The notes beneath the pieces are model-generated. The model had not been told where the DNA came from and ran no database searches. It saw only the letters and a list, made by a program, of their open reading frames with translations. Source: Patescibacteria group bacterium (GTDB lineage Bacteria > Patescibacteriota > Patescibacteriia > UBA1558). Taken from it: a stretch of DNA of 64,000 bases. Shown one piece after another: positions 1 to 12,130 of this stretch. The stretch spans positions 31,092 through 95,091 of the forward strand of contig JADHUR010000002.1 of NCBI GenBank assembly GCA_016784445.1. The letters are read 5' to 3'. Every line of letters begins with the position of its first letter. Position 1 is the first letter of the stretch. The position numbers were made by a program, and so were the translations under genes.

Positions 1-607
1 TCTGAATTTAATTGGTGAGTTTCAAATATATAATGCTATAGCAGCTGCAACAACTGCTAAGGCTTTGGGTATAGATTTTAAAATCAGCAGTGCTGCATTA
101 AAGAAAATAAAAAGTATTCCTGGTAGAGTTGAGTTTATAAATGAGAATCAACCTTTTAAAATACTTGTAGACTATGCCCCAGAAATAGAAAGTTTAAAAA
201 GACTATATCAAGGCATAGATAGTATTAAATATAAAAAGTTAATTCATGTACTTGGATCATGTGGTGGTGGTAGAGATATTGCTCGAAGACCAATCCTTGG
301 ACAAATGGCTGCCACAAAAGCAGATAAAATAATTATTACAAATGAAGATCCATATGATGATGATCCTCAAAAGATTATTGATGATATAGCTGCTGGTGCT
401 AGTAAAGTTGCACAAGTAACTGGTAAAAGTATATATAAAATATTAGATAGACGAGAGGCAATTAATAAAGCATTATCTCTTGCTAAGGAAGATGATCTTG
501 TGCTTATAACGGGTAAAGGTGCTGAGCAAGCAATCTGTGTAGCTGGTGGCAAAAAAGTTGCTTGGGACGATAGAGAAGTAATCAAAGAAGAGTTAAAGAA
601 AATATAA
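1..607 (+). CDS. murE: Mur ligase family protein, C-terminal part (MurE-like); 5' end lies outside the window
   Basis: The reading frame is open from position 2. Motifs PGRVEFI, VDYAPE, GSCGGGRD, DRREAI and LITGKGAEQ match the Mur ligase central and C-terminal domains. Confidence 0.55.
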   Translation, partial: LNLIGEFQIYNAIAAATTAKALGIDFKISSAALKKIKSIPGRVEFINENQPFKILVDYAPEIESLKRLYQGIDSIKYKKLIHVLGSCGGGRDIARRPILGQMAATKADKIIITNEDPYDDDPQKIIDDIAAGASKVAQVTGKSIYKILDRREAINKALSLAKEDDLVLITGKGAEQAICVAGGKKVAWDDREVIKEELKKI

Positions 608-659
608 AGACTATTACATAAAATTAAGAGCAGGAAATTTCTTTCCCGCTCTTTTAATT

Positions 660-1079
660 TTACTTTTCATTTAAATAAATGTAATAGTAGTTAATGCTCC
701 TCATAATATGAGGATCCCTTTCTTGGGAAATATAACCACTAATATCATCTATAAGATCTTGCCTTCGATCAGTTTGCTCGCGACTTAAGGGTAGGCGCAT
801 ACAACGGGGATAATCATTCCCCCACCTTTCTTTAATATTCCTTCTTTTTCTTTCATATAAAGTAAAGGTAATAACTCCAGCAAGAAGCGATACGATCATT
901 GCAATAAATAATATTCCTCCAATATCATTATTGCCAGCAGTACGAAGATTTTCCCACGACATTCTAACCCCTGCATAAGTAATTGCAAAAGTTAGAATTA
1001 TCCAAGTAAGAATATACCACCTTCTTAAATCGATAAACACAAACTGAAAACTTCCATCAGGCTTAACTCTCTTTCTCAC
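660..1079 (-). CDS. hypothetical small membrane protein
   Basis: 139-aa ORF with two predicted hydrophobic helices; no recognisable motif. Confidence 0.4.
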   Translation of the reverse strand: MRKRVKPDGSFQFVFIDLRRWYILTWIILTFAITYAGVRMSWENLRTAGNNDIGGILFIAMIVSLLAGVITFTLYERKRRNIKERWGNDYPRCMRLPLSREQTDRRQDLIDDISGYISQERDPHIMRSINYYYIYLNEK

Positions 1080-1160
1080 AATATACCCTCCATCTTAATG
1101 TTCACAATAATATCTATTTTTAACACATATATTCATACCTGTCAATACTTAAGCAAAATA

Positions 1161-1192
1161 AAAAGCACCAGATTAATTCCGGTGCTTTAAAT
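1161..1192 (-). terminator. rho-independent terminator for the 1208..1993 gene
   Basis: Hairpin aaagcacc / ggtgcttt, followed by a T-run on the minus strand. Confidence 0.5.
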
Positions 1193-1207
1193 TTAAAATA
1201 CTTACTC

Positions 1208-1993
1208 TCATTCTTTCGAAGTATTATAGAAATGGTCAGTACGGTCATCATCCCATCCAATAATAAGTAGTCCTTTAGCAGCTGGTATTCTATTGAGATA
1301 TTCAGCTGAAGAGCTCCCTTCAGAAAATCTATTATACTCATGCCGAGCATATTTCTTCCTATTATAGACTCTCATCCAGAAAATCATTGGCCAATAAACA
1401 AAGAGACTAACCAATATCACTGATGCTATACAAATTAAAAAGAACATGAAAGCTAAAAGAAGAACAAACCAATAGAGCTTTAAATCGTGAGGAATTGTGG
1501 TGTAATGCGGAATAGCATAAACCCTTCCATTGGTTTTCCTTTCATATGTCCATTCTAGGTAAGGATTCCCATCAACAGCAGATAGGTCAGAATATTCATA
1601 AGGAACTGCAATCTTTGAATTCCAGTGTTCCGACCAAAGAACAATCCTATCCCCTGTTAGATAAACACTCCAATCGAAGTGTTTTTCCAATAAATCCTCT
1701 AACTTATAATAAAAATCAATATCATAAGTCTCTCGTTTTTTTGGTGTTGGATCACGAACAAAAGTTGAGCCAATCATGATTTTAGTAAGCAATTCATGCT
1801 TGCAGATATTACCATCTACTAAGTAATCATAATTTTCTACAACTTGTCTTACTTGCTCAATCTCAGGTAAACCATACTCACTCCAAGAAAAGCCCAAAAA
1901 TAATACAATTGCAAGTAGCAAATAAAGAATCTTTGAAGCTAATCCAATATTGATCACCCTTAAGCCGCTTGAATAGCTATCTATTCCTATCAT
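1208..1993 (-). CDS. hypothetical membrane protein
   Basis: 261-aa ORF with an N-terminal and a C-terminal hydrophobic segment; no motif recognised. Confidence 0.45.
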   Translation of the reverse strand: MIGIDSYSSGLRVINIGLASKILYLLLAIVLFLGFSWSEYGLPEIEQVRQVVENYDYLVDGNICKHELLTKIMIGSTFVRDPTPKKRETYDIDFYYKLEDLLEKHFDWSVYLTGDRIVLWSEHWNSKIAVPYEYSDLSAVDGNPYLEWTYERKTNGRVYAIPHYTTIPHDLKLYWFVLLLAFMFFLICIASVILVSLFVYWPMIFWMRVYNRKKYARHEYNRFSEGSSSAEYLNRIPAAKGLLIIGWDDDRTDHFYNTSKE

Positions 1994-2222
1994 ACGCCCT
2001 CCTTTTATATAACCATTATTTTAAAGTTCAAATCATAACATTCAGTATTAAACCTTAGCGCAACAATACCACAAAGTCAATTACATCTAACTAACTGTGG
2101 ATAACTTGGTGGAAAATAGCTAATATTAGCGCTTCAAATTAAGTATTTGACAAAAATATTTTCTTTACTTTCTAAATTATTGGCTCAACTAAGCCAATAT
2201 ATAGTATTTTTCCCTCTAGCCC

Positions 2223-2251
2223 TTGACTAAACAGTCAAAATCAGCTAATAT
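2223..2251 (+). promoter_or_regulatory. sigma70-type promoter upstream of rpoB (TTGACT-17-TAATAT); the -35 element sits in the palindrome TTGACTaaacAGTCAA
   Basis: Hexamers at 2223-2228 and 2246-2251 with a 17-nt spacer, read directly from the sequence. Confidence 0.5.
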
Positions 2252-2298
2252 ATAGTCATGTTTTTTGGGGGTTCGCAAGTAAATTTTAGCTAAAATTA

Positions 2299-2340
2299 CA
2301 GTTTAACTCGTCCACGCAGCTGTGGAGGAGCTTTTTTTGT
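2299..2340 (+). promoter_or_regulatory. terminator-like hairpin in the rpoB leader (possible attenuator)
   Basis: Near-perfect 10-bp stem ctcgtccaca / tgtggaggag followed by cttttttt, lying between the promoter and the rpoB start codon. Confidence 0.35.
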
Positions 2341-2410
2341 GCCCAAGAACTTTCGTATCTTTTGTCAACAAATAATTTTAATATAACTTTAATTTTTTTA
2401 TACTTAAGCT

Positions 2411-5400
2411 ATGCCAATACATCCACTAGGTGAAAGAAAATATTTCTCACCAAATCGCGACGCTATGCCGCTACCGGATCTTACTCAATTGCAGAAAGAT
2501 TCATATAAATGGTTCTTTGATGAAGGTATTAGAGAGTTGTTTGAAGAGGTTAACCCTATTAGTGATTATATAGGTAGAAACCTTGAACTCTATATGATGG
2601 ATTACTATCTTGATGAGCCTAAGTTTGATGAAGCTACAGCAAGAGATAGAAATATAACCTATGAAGCACCGCTTCGAGTAAAGGTTAAGCTAGTTAATAA
2701 AAAAACTGGTGAAATTAAAGAACAAGAAATATACCTTGGAGATTTTCCATTAATGACAAATAAAGGTACTTTTATTGTTAATGGTGTTGAGAGAGTTGTG
2801 GTGTCCCAGTTGATTAGATCAGCTGGTGCTTTTTTTACCTCAAATTTATACAGAGGAAAGAAATTATACGGAGCAAAGATTATTCCTAACCGTGGTGCAT
2901 GGCTTGAAATTGAAACAGAATCTAATAATGGAATCTTTGTTAAGATAGATAGAAAACGTAAGGTTGCAGTGACTGCACTTCTTAGAGCTTTTGGTTATAG
3001 TACTGATCAAGATATTTTAAGCTTGTTCTCAGATATTGATGAGCCTGCTATTAAGAAATATTTAGAAACAACATTATCAAAAGATACATCTAAAAATGAA
3101 GAAGATGGTTTGATTGAAGTATATAAACGTATTAGACCAGGAGACCTAGCTACTGCCGAAAATGCAAAGAGTCTTATTCATGCTATGTTCTTTAACTTTG
3201 ATCGTTATGACTTTGGACCAGTTGGTAGATATAAATTAAATAAACGTTTTGACACTAATTATCCAATAGATAAAACCAATAGAGTATTACTAGTTGATGA
3301 CTTGGTTAGAATTATTAAAGAAATTATTAGACTAAATGTTACCCAAGATGATGCAGATGATATTGATCACTTAGGTAATAGAAGAATTAGAGCAATCGGT
3401 GAACTTATTCAAAATAAATTTAGAATAGGTCTTGCTCGTATGGAAAGAATTATTAGAGATAGAATGAGTACATTAGATATTCATACTTTAACTCCAAATC
3501 AACTTATTAATGCAAGACCAGTTATTGGCACCATTAAAGAGTTCTTTATGAGTTCACAATTATCTCAGTTCATGGACCAAATTAATCCATTGTCTGAGCT
3601 AGAACATAAGAGACGTCTATCTGCTATGGGACCTGGTGGTCTATCTCGTGAAAGAGCTGGATTTGAAGTTCGTGATGTACATAGAACTCATTATGGACGT
3701 ATTTGTCCTATTGCTACTCCAGAGGGTCCAAATATTGGACTAGTTGGACAGCTAGCCTCTTATGCTAGAGTAAATAAATATGGATTCATTGAAACTCCTT
3801 ATAGAAAAGTTATTAGAAATCCAAAAAATAATACTGCTGATGCTATTGGCTATACATTAAGAGAAGATTTAATAGATACAGATTCTGGTAAAATAGTTGC
3901 TAAAAAAGGAACTAATATAGATGAAAAACTAGCTAAGAATTTAGCAGCTTATGAAAATATTAAAACAATTCCAGTAATACCAGTTATTACAAATGAAATT
4001 GAATATATTGATGCTTTCATTGAAGAAAGATCAACTTCAACAGCAGCCACTACAAAGGTGGATGAGAATGGTCATTTCATTAATGAATTTGCTGAAGTTA
4101 GAAAGAATGGTAGACCATCATTTGAAAGAGTAGAAACAATAGATTATGTTGATGTTTCATCTTATCAAATAATTAGTATATCTACAGCTCTTATTCCATT
4201 CATTGAGAATGATGATGCTGTTAGAGCACTTATGGGAACAAATATGCAAAGGCAGGGTGTCTCTGTTATTAAACCTCAGACCCCTATTATTGGAACTGGC
4301 ATTGAAAGAAAAGCTGCTCTTGATTCAGGTCAAGCAATTGCTGCTAAAGAGGATAGTGAAGTTGTTAAAGTTCAATCTAATTTAATTCAAACTAAAACAA
4401 AAGATGGTCATACTCATGACTATCCTTTAAATAAATTTATGCGTTCTAATGCTGGTACTTCTATCAATCAAAAGCCAATAGTAAATGTTGGAGATAAAGT
4501 TGTGGCCGGCGAGGCTATTGCAGATGGCGCATCAACAGAACATGGAGAATTAGCTCTTGGACAAAATATTTTAGTTGCATATATGACTTGGGATGGTGGT
4601 AATTATGAAGATGCTATTCTAATTTCTGAAAGAGTTGTCGAACAAGATAGATACACTTCAGTGCATATTGAAAATTATTCAATAGATATTAGAGATACAA
4701 AACTTGGACCAGAACTTATTACAAAAGATATTCCTAATGTAGGTGAAGAAAAACTCAAAGATTTAGATGAAGAAGGTATTATTCGTATTGGTGCTCAAGT
4801 TTCATCTGGAGATATTCTAGTTGGTAAGATTACACCAAAGGGTGAAACTGAATTATCTGCAGAAGAAAAATTATTAAGAGCTATCTTTGGCGAAAAAGCT
4901 AAAGACGTTAGAGACACCTCACTTTATCTAGAACATGGTGAGCACGGTAAGGTAATTAATATTAAAATCTTCTCAAGAAAGAATGGAGATAAATTACCAG
5001 CTGGTGTTATTAGATCTGTTCAAGTAACAATAGCTCAATTACGTAAAATTCAAGTTGGAGATAAGATGGCTGGACGTCATGGTAATAAAGGTGTTATTTC
5101 TAGAATCATTCCAGTTGAAGATATGCCTTTCTTAGAAGACGGCACTCCAGTAGATATTGTTCTAAATCCACTTGGTGTTATTTCTCGTATGAACCTTGGA
5201 CAGCTTATGGAAACCCATTTAGGTCTTGCTGCTAAAAAACTAGGTTATAGAGTTGCAACTCCTGCACTTAATGGTGTAAAAGCTGAACAAATTGCAGAAG
5301 AGCTTAAAAAAGCAGGATATCCAGAAGACGGTAAGCTTCAATTATTTGATGGCCGTAATGGACAACCTTTCGATAAAAAGACAACGGTTGGTATTACTTA

Positions 5401-5818
5401 TATGTTAAAACTAAATCACCTTGTTGAAGATAAGATTCACCAACGTTCAATCGGACCTTATTCACTTGTTACTCAACAACCTCTTGGTGGTAAAGCACAA
5501 TTTGGTGGTCAGAGATTCGGTGAGATGGAAGTTTGGGCTTTAGAAGCATATGGAGCTGCTCACATGCTACAAGAAATATTGACTATTAAGTCAGATGATG
5601 TGCCGGGAAGAAGTAAGGCCTATGAAGCAATCATTAAAGGCGAACCAATTGATAAAGTTAATATACCTGAATCATTTAATGTTCTCGTTAGAGAGCTTAA
5701 AGGTTTAGGACTTGATGTTGATCTTATGAAAAATAAGAAATCTGCAAATGATGTAAAAGTTGAAGAAAAGGATGAAGCAGAAGAAACAGAAGACAAGCAA
5801 AAAGAAGACAAAGAATAA
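2411..5818 (+). CDS. rpoB: DNA-directed RNA polymerase subunit beta
   Basis: 1135-aa protein with canonical RpoB motifs throughout (for example [13 protein letters not shown] and [10 protein letters not shown]); acidic C-terminal tail. Confidence 0.97.
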   Translation: MPIHPLGERKYFSPNRDAMPLPDLTQLQKDSYKWFFDEGIRELFEEVNPISDYIGRNLELYMMDYYLDEPKFDEATARDRNITYEAPLRVKVKLVNKKTGEIKEQEIYLGDFPLMTNKGTFIVNGVERVVVSQLIRSAGAFFTSNLYRGKKLYGAKIIPNRGAWLEIETESNNGIFVKIDRKRKVAVTALLRAFGYSTDQDILSLFSDIDEPAIKKYLETTLSKDTSKNEEDGLIEVYKRIRPGDLATAENAKSLIHAMFFNFDRYDFGPVGRYKLNKRFDTNYPIDKTNRVLLVDDLVRIIKEIIRLNVTQDDADDIDHLGNRRIRAIGELIQNKFRIGLARMERIIRDRMSTLDIHTLTPNQLINARPVIGTIKEFFMSSQLSQFMDQINPLSELEHKRRLSAMGPGGLSRERAGFEVRDVHRTHYGRICPIATPEGPNIGLVGQLASYARVNKYGFIETPYRKVIRNPKNNTADAIGYTLREDLIDTDSGKIVAKKGTNIDEKLAKNLAAYENIKTIPVIPVITNEIEYIDAFIEERSTSTAATTKVDENGHFINEFAEVRKNGRPSFERVETIDYVDVSSYQIISISTALIPFIENDDAVRALMGTNMQRQGVSVIKPQTPIIGTGIERKAALDSGQAIAAKEDSEVVKVQSNLIQTKTKDGHTHDYPLNKFMRSNAGTSINQKPIVNVGDKVVAGEAIADGASTEHGELALGQNILVAYMTWDGGNYEDAILISERVVEQDRYTSVHIENYSIDIRDTKLGPELITKDIPNVGEEKLKDLDEEGIIRIGAQVSSGDILVGKITPKGETELSAEEKLLRAIFGEKAKDVRDTSLYLEHGEHGKVINIKIFSRKNGDKLPAGVIRSVQVTIAQLRKIQVGDKMAGRHGNKGVISRIIPVEDMPFLEDGTPVDIVLNPLGVISRMNLGQLMETHLGLAAKKLGYRVATPALNGVKAEQIAEELKKAGYPEDGKLQLFDGRNGQPFDKKTTVGITYMLKLNHLVEDKIHQRSIGPYSLVTQQPLGGKAQFGGQRFGEMEVWALEAYGAAHMLQEILTIKSDDVPGRSKAYEAIIKGEPIDKVNIPESFNVLVRELKGLGLDVDLMKNKKSANDVKVEEKDEAEETEDKQKEDKE

Positions 5819-5844
5819 TATAATTATTTAACTATATATATCAT

Positions 5845-8800
5845 ATGCCTACTCCATCATCAACAAAAACAACCTTCATTCCACAAACAGCAGCCAATAT
5901 AGAATTTGATGCTATCAAATTAAAATTGGCTAGCCCGGAAATAATACATAAATGGTCACATGGTGAAATATTAAAACCTGAGACTATCAATTACCGTACA
6001 CAAAAACCTGAAAAGGATGGCCTATTCTGTGAAAAAATATTTGGCCCATCAAAAGACTGGGAATGTTATTGTGGTAAATATAAACGTATCCGTTATAAGG
6101 GTATTGTTTGTGACAAATGTGGCGTTGAAGTTACACGTGCAATTGTAAGACGTGAACGCATGGGCCATATTGACCTCTCTACTCCTGTTTCACATATTTG
6201 GTTCTTACGTGGCATCCCATCACGTATTGGACTTGTATTAAATATGTCATCTCAAGAATTAGAGAAAGTTATATACTTTGCTTCCTTTGTTATTACAGAT
6301 GTAGACGAAGACTTAAGAGAGCAAACAATGGAACAATTAAAAGGTGAGCTTAAATCTAAAGCTAAAGGTATTAAAAATGAATTCGACCAAAAGGTTGCTC
6401 AAATTAATCAAGTAAGAGCAGATCATTTAAGTAAGGCTAAGGATGACAAAGCAAAGCAAAAGATTGAAAAAGAAGCTCTAGAACAAATTGAAATAATGGA
6501 AACAGCTCGTGAAGATAAATTAACCCATCTTCAAGATGCAGCAGATAGAGCAAAAAAGGAATTGAAAGATTTACAGATTAATCAAATAGTTTCAGAATCT
6601 AAATACCAAGACCTATCTATGAAATATGGTCATGTATTTAATGCAAATATTGGAGCTGAAGCTATTAAATATTTACTTGCAAGAGTAGACCTAGAAAAAC
6701 TTGCTGATGAATTAAAAGAAGAAAAGACAGTTGCTATTCCTTCAAAGCTTAAAAAAATTACAAAGAGATTAAAGCTTATTAAAAACTTAATCGCTAATGA
6801 GATTAGACCTGAGTGGATGATTATGACAGCTATTCCTGTTATTCCACCAGACCTAAGGCCTATGGTAGCTCTTGATGGTGGACGTTTTGCAACATCTGAC
6901 CTTAATGATTTATATAGACGTGTTATCAATAGAAATAATAGATTAAAGCGCTTGAAAGACTTAAGCGCCCCTGAAATCATTCAAAGAAATGAAAAGAGAA
7001 TGTTACAGGAAGCTGTTGATGCCTTAATAGATAATAATGCTAGAAGAAGTAAAACAGTTACTGCTTCAACAGGGCAGAAAAGAACTCTTAAGAGTATTGC
7101 CGACATGTTAAAGGGTAAACAGGGTCGTTTTAGACAGAATCTACTCGGTAAAAGAATTGACTACTCTGGTCGTTCTGTAATTGTAGCGGGACCAAAACTT
7201 AAGATTGAACAATGTGGTATTCCAAAGATCATGGCTTTAGAATTATTTAGACCATTTGTAATTTCACGTTTAATTAAAGATGAGCTTGTACATAATGTAA
7301 GATCAGCAAATAGATATATCGAACAAGATCATCCTGAGGTTTGGGATATTCTTGCAGATATTACAAAAGAATCATATGTTTTGCTTAATCGTGCTCCTAC
7401 TCTTCACCGTTTAGGTATTCAAGCTTTTAAACCAACATTAATTGAAGGTAAGGCTATTCAAATTCACCCTATGGTATGTAAAGCTTTTAATGCAGACTTT
7501 GATGGTGACCAAATGGCAGTTCATGTACCTCTAACAGAAGAAGCTAAGAAAGAAGCGGCAGAACTTATGCTTTCTACTAAGAATGTATTAAAACCTGCAA
7601 CTGGCCAACCTGTTATGTCAGCTGATCAAGATATTGTTTGGGGAAGTTATTATCTAACATATGATAGTGGATTAAAAGATGAAACTCCAAAAGCATTTAC
7701 AGATTATAATGAAGCTAAGATGGCATATGATTTGGAACACATTTCATTACATCAAATAATTAGAATCAAGATAGAGAAGGTAATGACAGAAACAACTGTT
7801 GGAAGATTAATCTTTAATACTATTTTGCCAAAAGAAATTGACTTCGTTAATAAAACATTAACTTCTGGTGATTTAAGAAATATAATTGGTCAAACTATTC
7901 ATTTAGCAGGACCTGAGGAAGCTGTTATTCTTTTAGACAAATTAAAAGATTTAGCTTACAAATATATTACTAAGTCCGGACTATCTTGGAGTATTGCTGA
8001 TGTGCCGATTATTAAAGAAAAGGCTGGTATTATTAAAGGTGGTGAAGTTAGGGTTCAAGAAATTCAACAACAATTCAATGATGGACTTCTTACCAATCAT
8101 GAAAGATATGTAAAGATTATTGAAACCTGGAATGAGATTAAGAATGATATTACAGATGTAAGTAAGGCTTCATTTGATGCTGGTTCATCCCTATACTCTA
8201 TTATTAATTCTGGCGCTCGTGGATCATGGGCTCAATTAATTCAGATTATGGGAATGAAAGGTTCTGTGGTTTCTCCATCTGGTGAAATTATTGAATTACC
8301 TATTAAAGCTAATTTCCGTGAAGGCTTAGATGTTCTTGAATACTTCATTTCAACTCATGGAGCTAGAAAAGGTTTATCAGATACAGCTCTTAGAACTGCT
8401 AGTGCTGGTTATTTAACTAGACGTCTAGTAGATGTTTCTCAAGATTTAATTATAAGTGAGCCAGATTGTGGAGATAAAGAAGGTTTAACACTTACACTTA
8501 AAGATGCTGAAGATATTGGTGAAAAATTAGATGTTCTAATCCTAGGACGTCTTGCTATGACAACTATCAAAAATCCAAAAACAGATGAGATCATTGTTAA
8601 GAAGAATGGAATTATAGACAGAGAAGCAGCAGCAGAGATAATGAAGTCTGAAGTTCCTGAAGTAACTATAAGATCGAATATGACATGTAAAACCAAGCGT
8701 GGTTTATGTCAGAAATGTTATGGTTGGGACCTTGCATATAATAAGCCAGTTGAAAATGGTGTAGCAGTGGGAATTGTTGCAGCTCAAAGTATTGGTGAAC

Positions 8801-9753
8801 CTGGTACTCAGCTTACTATGAGAACCTTCCATACTGGTGGTGTTGCAGCAGCTGGAGATATTACTCAAGGTTTGCCTAGAGTTGAAGAAATTTTTGAAGC
8901 AAGACAACCAAAGAGAAAAGCTATTCTAGCTGAAGAAGATGGTGAGATAGTTATAGATAAAGATATAGACTTAAGTATTAGAAAAGAAAGAACTATTGTT
9001 TACAAATACTTTGGACCAACATTAGAATCTCATCCATTCCATGAAGACTATGAATTGAAAGTAAAGAATGATGCTAAGATTAAAACTGGAGATGTAATCA
9101 TGGCACATATTGGTGGTAAGAAAACTATTACTGCCAAAAATGATGGCCAAATAAGAATTACAAAGACTGAATTACATGTCTTCTCACCTGTTGAGGCTAC
9201 AAAGGAAGTAATTATTCCACCTGGATATAGTCTATGTGTTAAAAATGGAGATAAGCTAAAGGCTGGCGATTCTTTAACAGAGGGAAGTATTGACCTTAAA
9301 GAACTTTATCTAAGAAAAGACAGAAGAGCAACTGAAAAATACATTATTAAAGAAATTATGTGGATATATTCATCTCAAGGACAAAAGATTAATATGAAGC
9401 ATATTGAAATAATTATTAGACAGATGTTCTCAAGAATAATGGTTATTGATTCTGGTGACAGTAATGTGTTACCTGGAGATATTACAACCTATTCAGAATT
9501 TGAAGAGGAAAACCAAAAAATAGCAGATCAAAAGGGTAAAGAATCAATTGGTGATGCTCTATTACTAGGTATTACAAAGGCCTCACTATCTACAGATAGT
9601 TGGCTATCTGCAGCTTCATTCCAAGAAACAGCCAGAGTCTTAATTGATGCAGCTATTACTGGTAAAGTTGACAAATTGAAGGGATTGAAGGAGAATGTAA
9701 TTATTGGTAGATTAATACCAGCAGGAACTGGGCTTATAGACAAGAAGAAATAA
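5845..9753 (+). CDS. rpoC: DNA-directed RNA polymerase subunit beta'
   Basis: 1302-aa protein with a zinc-finger CxxC pair near the N-terminus, the NADFDGD active site, and trigger-loop/bridge-helix regions. Confidence 0.97.
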   Translation: MPTPSSTKTTFIPQTAANIEFDAIKLKLASPEIIHKWSHGEILKPETINYRTQKPEKDGLFCEKIFGPSKDWECYCGKYKRIRYKGIVCDKCGVEVTRAIVRRERMGHIDLSTPVSHIWFLRGIPSRIGLVLNMSSQELEKVIYFASFVITDVDEDLREQTMEQLKGELKSKAKGIKNEFDQKVAQINQVRADHLSKAKDDKAKQKIEKEALEQIEIMETAREDKLTHLQDAADRAKKELKDLQINQIVSESKYQDLSMKYGHVFNANIGAEAIKYLLARVDLEKLADELKEEKTVAIPSKLKKITKRLKLIKNLIANEIRPEWMIMTAIPVIPPDLRPMVALDGGRFATSDLNDLYRRVINRNNRLKRLKDLSAPEIIQRNEKRMLQEAVDALIDNNARRSKTVTASTGQKRTLKSIADMLKGKQGRFRQNLLGKRIDYSGRSVIVAGPKLKIEQCGIPKIMALELFRPFVISRLIKDELVHNVRSANRYIEQDHPEVWDILADITKESYVLLNRAPTLHRLGIQAFKPTLIEGKAIQIHPMVCKAFNADFDGDQMAVHVPLTEEAKKEAAELMLSTKNVLKPATGQPVMSADQDIVWGSYYLTYDSGLKDETPKAFTDYNEAKMAYDLEHISLHQIIRIKIEKVMTETTVGRLIFNTILPKEIDFVNKTLTSGDLRNIIGQTIHLAGPEEAVILLDKLKDLAYKYITKSGLSWSIADVPIIKEKAGIIKGGEVRVQEIQQQFNDGLLTNHERYVKIIETWNEIKNDITDVSKASFDAGSSLYSIINSGARGSWAQLIQIMGMKGSVVSPSGEIIELPIKANFREGLDVLEYFISTHGARKGLSDTALRTASAGYLTRRLVDVSQDLIISEPDCGDKEGLTLTLKDAEDIGEKLDVLILGRLAMTTIKNPKTDEIIVKKNGIIDREAAAEIMKSEVPEVTIRSNMTCKTKRGLCQKCYGWDLAYNKPVENGVAVGIVAAQSIGEPGTQLTMRTFHTGGVAAAGDITQGLPRVEEIFEARQPKRKAILAEEDGEIVIDKDIDLSIRKERTIVYKYFGPTLESHPFHEDYELKVKNDAKIKTGDVIMAHIGGKKTITAKNDGQIRITKTELHVFSPVEATKEVIIPPGYSLCVKNGDKLKAGDSLTEGSIDLKELYLRKDRRATEKYIIKEIMWIYSSQGQKINMKHIEIIIRQMFSRIMVIDSGDSNVLPGDITTYSEFEEENQKIADQKGKESIGDALLLGITKASLSTDSWLSAASFQETARVLIDAAITGKVDKLKGLKENVIIGRLIPAGTGLIDKKK

Positions 9754-9763
9754 AGCATACACA

Positions 9764-9793
9764 TTATATAGAAAACAGGGTCATTTTTGGCCC
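9764..9793 (+). terminator. rho-independent terminator after rpoC
   Basis: Stem aacaggg / ccctgtt followed by a T-run. Confidence 0.6.
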
Positions 9794-9872
9794 TGTTTTT
9801 GTATATATTTAAGTTGTAGAAAACACCTTAAAATGGTAAAATATACTCTGCTCAACAATATTTAAATTTAAA

Positions 9873-12125
9873 ATGGCTAAACAAAAAAAATCAAAAAAAG
9901 GTAAGAAAAATAGTGAGATCCTGTCTCCTGAGACCAAAAAAGGAATCTTTATTATACTTATATTCCTGATTGCTTTACTTGGACTATTATCTTTATTAGA
10001 TTCAGCTGGTGCCTTTGGCGCAATTGCCAATCAAATACTTGGACTAGTTCTAGGATGGGGTAAATGGATATTCCCATTATTATTATTAATGTGGGGATAC
10101 TTTCTCCTTAATCCTGATAAATATTTACTTAAGCCAAGTAATTATCTTGGGTTGTTTTTCGTAATACTTGGTTATTCTGGACTACTTGAACTTATTCATG
10201 ATTTTAATAATTTACAAGGAGGCTTTTCAGCTAATGAAGGTGGTGGATATATTGGCTATGCCATAACCCAACCATTACAACAAGCAATGGGAGGCTTTGC
10301 CTCTTTTGTAATATTACTAGGACTATTATTAATATCTATATTAATTTCTTTTAATATATCTTTAGATGAGCTTGGCAATAAGGTAAATATATTTAGGCTT
10401 CTATGGCTTAAAATTAAATCATTTTCTTTCAGCAGACCTAAAGTAGATTATGAGGATGATTATGAAGAAGAGGAAGAGTATGAAGAAGATGAATATGAAG
10501 AAGACGATGAAGAAGTTGAAGAAGAAGAGTATGAAGAAGATGAAGTAAATGATGGAAAAGATGAAGATATGAAAGAGCTCATTGAAATGCCTAAACCAAG
10601 GAAAAAAGCTCCACGTGTTAAAGTTCCTATGGATTTATTAGATGAGAATGGTGCTGAACCAACAAGCGGAGATATAGATGCATCGGCTGAGAAAATTAGA
10701 AAAACTTTTGAAAACTTTAATATTGAGGTAGCTATGGGTGAAGCTAATATTGGCCCAACAGTTACACAATTTACATTCAAACCAGCAGACGGAATAAAAC
10801 TATCTCAAATAACTGCCTTAGATAGAGATATAGCCCTTGCTCTTGCTGCTAAACGTATCCGTATTGAAGCCCCAATTCCTGGTAAATCACTAGTTGGAGT
10901 TGAGGTTCCAAATAAGAAAGTAGCTGTAGTTAAATTAAGAGAAATTATTGAATCAGACGCTTTTCAAAAGGGCTCTAAACCCCTTGTTACTGCTCTTGGT
11001 AAAGATGTCTCTGGGGAGTGCAAGGTTACATATATTTCTAAAATGCCTCACTGTTTAATCGCAGGTGCTACAGGCTCTGGTAAAAGTGTTTGTCTTAATG
11101 CTTTTATTATTAGCTTACTATACAAATATCATCCTGAAGAATTGAAATTTATAATGGTAGACCCAAAGAGAGTTGAGCTGTCTATCTATAATAATATTCC
11201 TCATTTACTGACTCCAATTATTACAGAAATTCCGAAAACTATTAATGCCCTGCGCTGGGCTGTTAGCGAAATGGAAGAAAGATATAAGCTATTACAAAGT
11301 GTCGGTAAAAAAGACATTGAATCATATAATAGTAGTGTCTTAGTAAATAGAATGCCATATCTTGTAATAGTAATAGATGAGCTTGCTGAGCTTATGGTTA
11401 TTAATCCAAAAGATGTTGAACCTTCAATTATCAGACTAGCACAACTTGCTAGAGCGGTTGGTATTCACTTAGTAATTGCCACCCAAAGACCTTCAACCAA
11501 TGTTATTACAGGGCTCATTAAGGCTAATATTACAACTAGAATTGCTTTCTCAGTTGCTTCAAATGTTGACTCTCGTACCATTATTGATTCACCTGGAGCA
11601 GAAAAGCTACTTGGCAATGGAGATATGTTATATACCTCTTCTGAATTACCTGAACCAAGAAGAATACAAGGTGCATTTGTAAGTGAAAAAGAAATACAGC
11701 GCGTAGTAAACTTCTGGAAAGAACAAGGTGAGCCAGAATATGATGATGCTATTGTTGAAAGGCAAAAAGTTGGTAGTATGCCAGGAAATGCACTTGGAGG
11801 TGGAAATGATGAAGACGAATTGCTAATGGATGCTCAAGAAGTTGTAGTTAAAGCAGGCAAAGCTTCAGCATCATTACTACAAAGAAGATTAAGGGTTGGT
11901 TATGCTAGGGCTGCTAGTATTTTAGATATGCTAGAAGAAAAAGGAATTGTTGGGCCACCTAATGGAGCTAAGCCTCGTGAAATATTAATAAGACAAGAAG
12001 ACCTAGAAGAGAATTTAGATATGAGAGAATATACAGACGGCTGGGAAGACGAAGAAAAGTCTGAAGAAAACGAAAACCGCACAGAACAAAATGAAGACGA
12101 CGAAGACGAAGAAGATAAAGAATAA
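9873..12125 (+). CDS. ftsK: DNA translocase FtsK/SpoIIIE
   Basis: N-terminal transmembrane segments, an acidic low-complexity linker, a Walker A motif (GATGSGKS), a Walker B motif (VIVIDELAEL), and a C-terminal gamma winged-helix (LLQRRLRVGYARAASILD). Confidence 0.9.
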   Translation: MAKQKKSKKGKKNSEILSPETKKGIFIILIFLIALLGLLSLLDSAGAFGAIANQILGLVLGWGKWIFPLLLLMWGYFLLNPDKYLLKPSNYLGLFFVILGYSGLLELIHDFNNLQGGFSANEGGGYIGYAITQPLQQAMGGFASFVILLGLLLISILISFNISLDELGNKVNIFRLLWLKIKSFSFSRPKVDYEDDYEEEEEYEEDEYEEDDEEVEEEEYEEDEVNDGKDEDMKELIEMPKPRKKAPRVKVPMDLLDENGAEPTSGDIDASAEKIRKTFENFNIEVAMGEANIGPTVTQFTFKPADGIKLSQITALDRDIALALAAKRIRIEAPIPGKSLVGVEVPNKKVAVVKLREIIESDAFQKGSKPLVTALGKDVSGECKVTYISKMPHCLIAGATGSGKSVCLNAFIISLLYKYHPEELKFIMVDPKRVELSIYNNIPHLLTPIITEIPKTINALRWAVSEMEERYKLLQSVGKKDIESYNSSVLVNRMPYLVIVIDELAELMVINPKDVEPSIIRLAQLARAVGIHLVIATQRPSTNVITGLIKANITTRIAFSVASNVDSRTIIDSPGAEKLLGNGDMLYTSSELPEPRRIQGAFVSEKEIQRVVNFWKEQGEPEYDDAIVERQKVGSMPGNALGGGNDEDELLMDAQEVVVKAGKASASLLQRRLRVGYARAASILDMLEEKGIVGPPNGAKPREILIRQEDLEENLDMREYTDGWEDEEKSEENENRTEQNEDDEDEEDKE

Positions 12126-12130
12126 ATAAT

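Noticed and set aside
1120-1350. 76-aa minus-strand ORF
   Set aside because: It overlaps the terminator hairpin and the 3' end of the 1208-1993 gene in another frame.
4203-9764. Short sense-overlapping and antisense ORFs inside rpoB and rpoC (4203, 5620, 6630, 8439, 8704, 9528)
   Set aside because: They are embedded in genes that are unambiguously rpoB and rpoC; no independent signals support them.
10460-10780. 106-aa Ser-rich antisense ORF
   Set aside because: Lies opposite the GAA/GAT-rich acidic linker of ftsK; it is a low-complexity mirror artefact.
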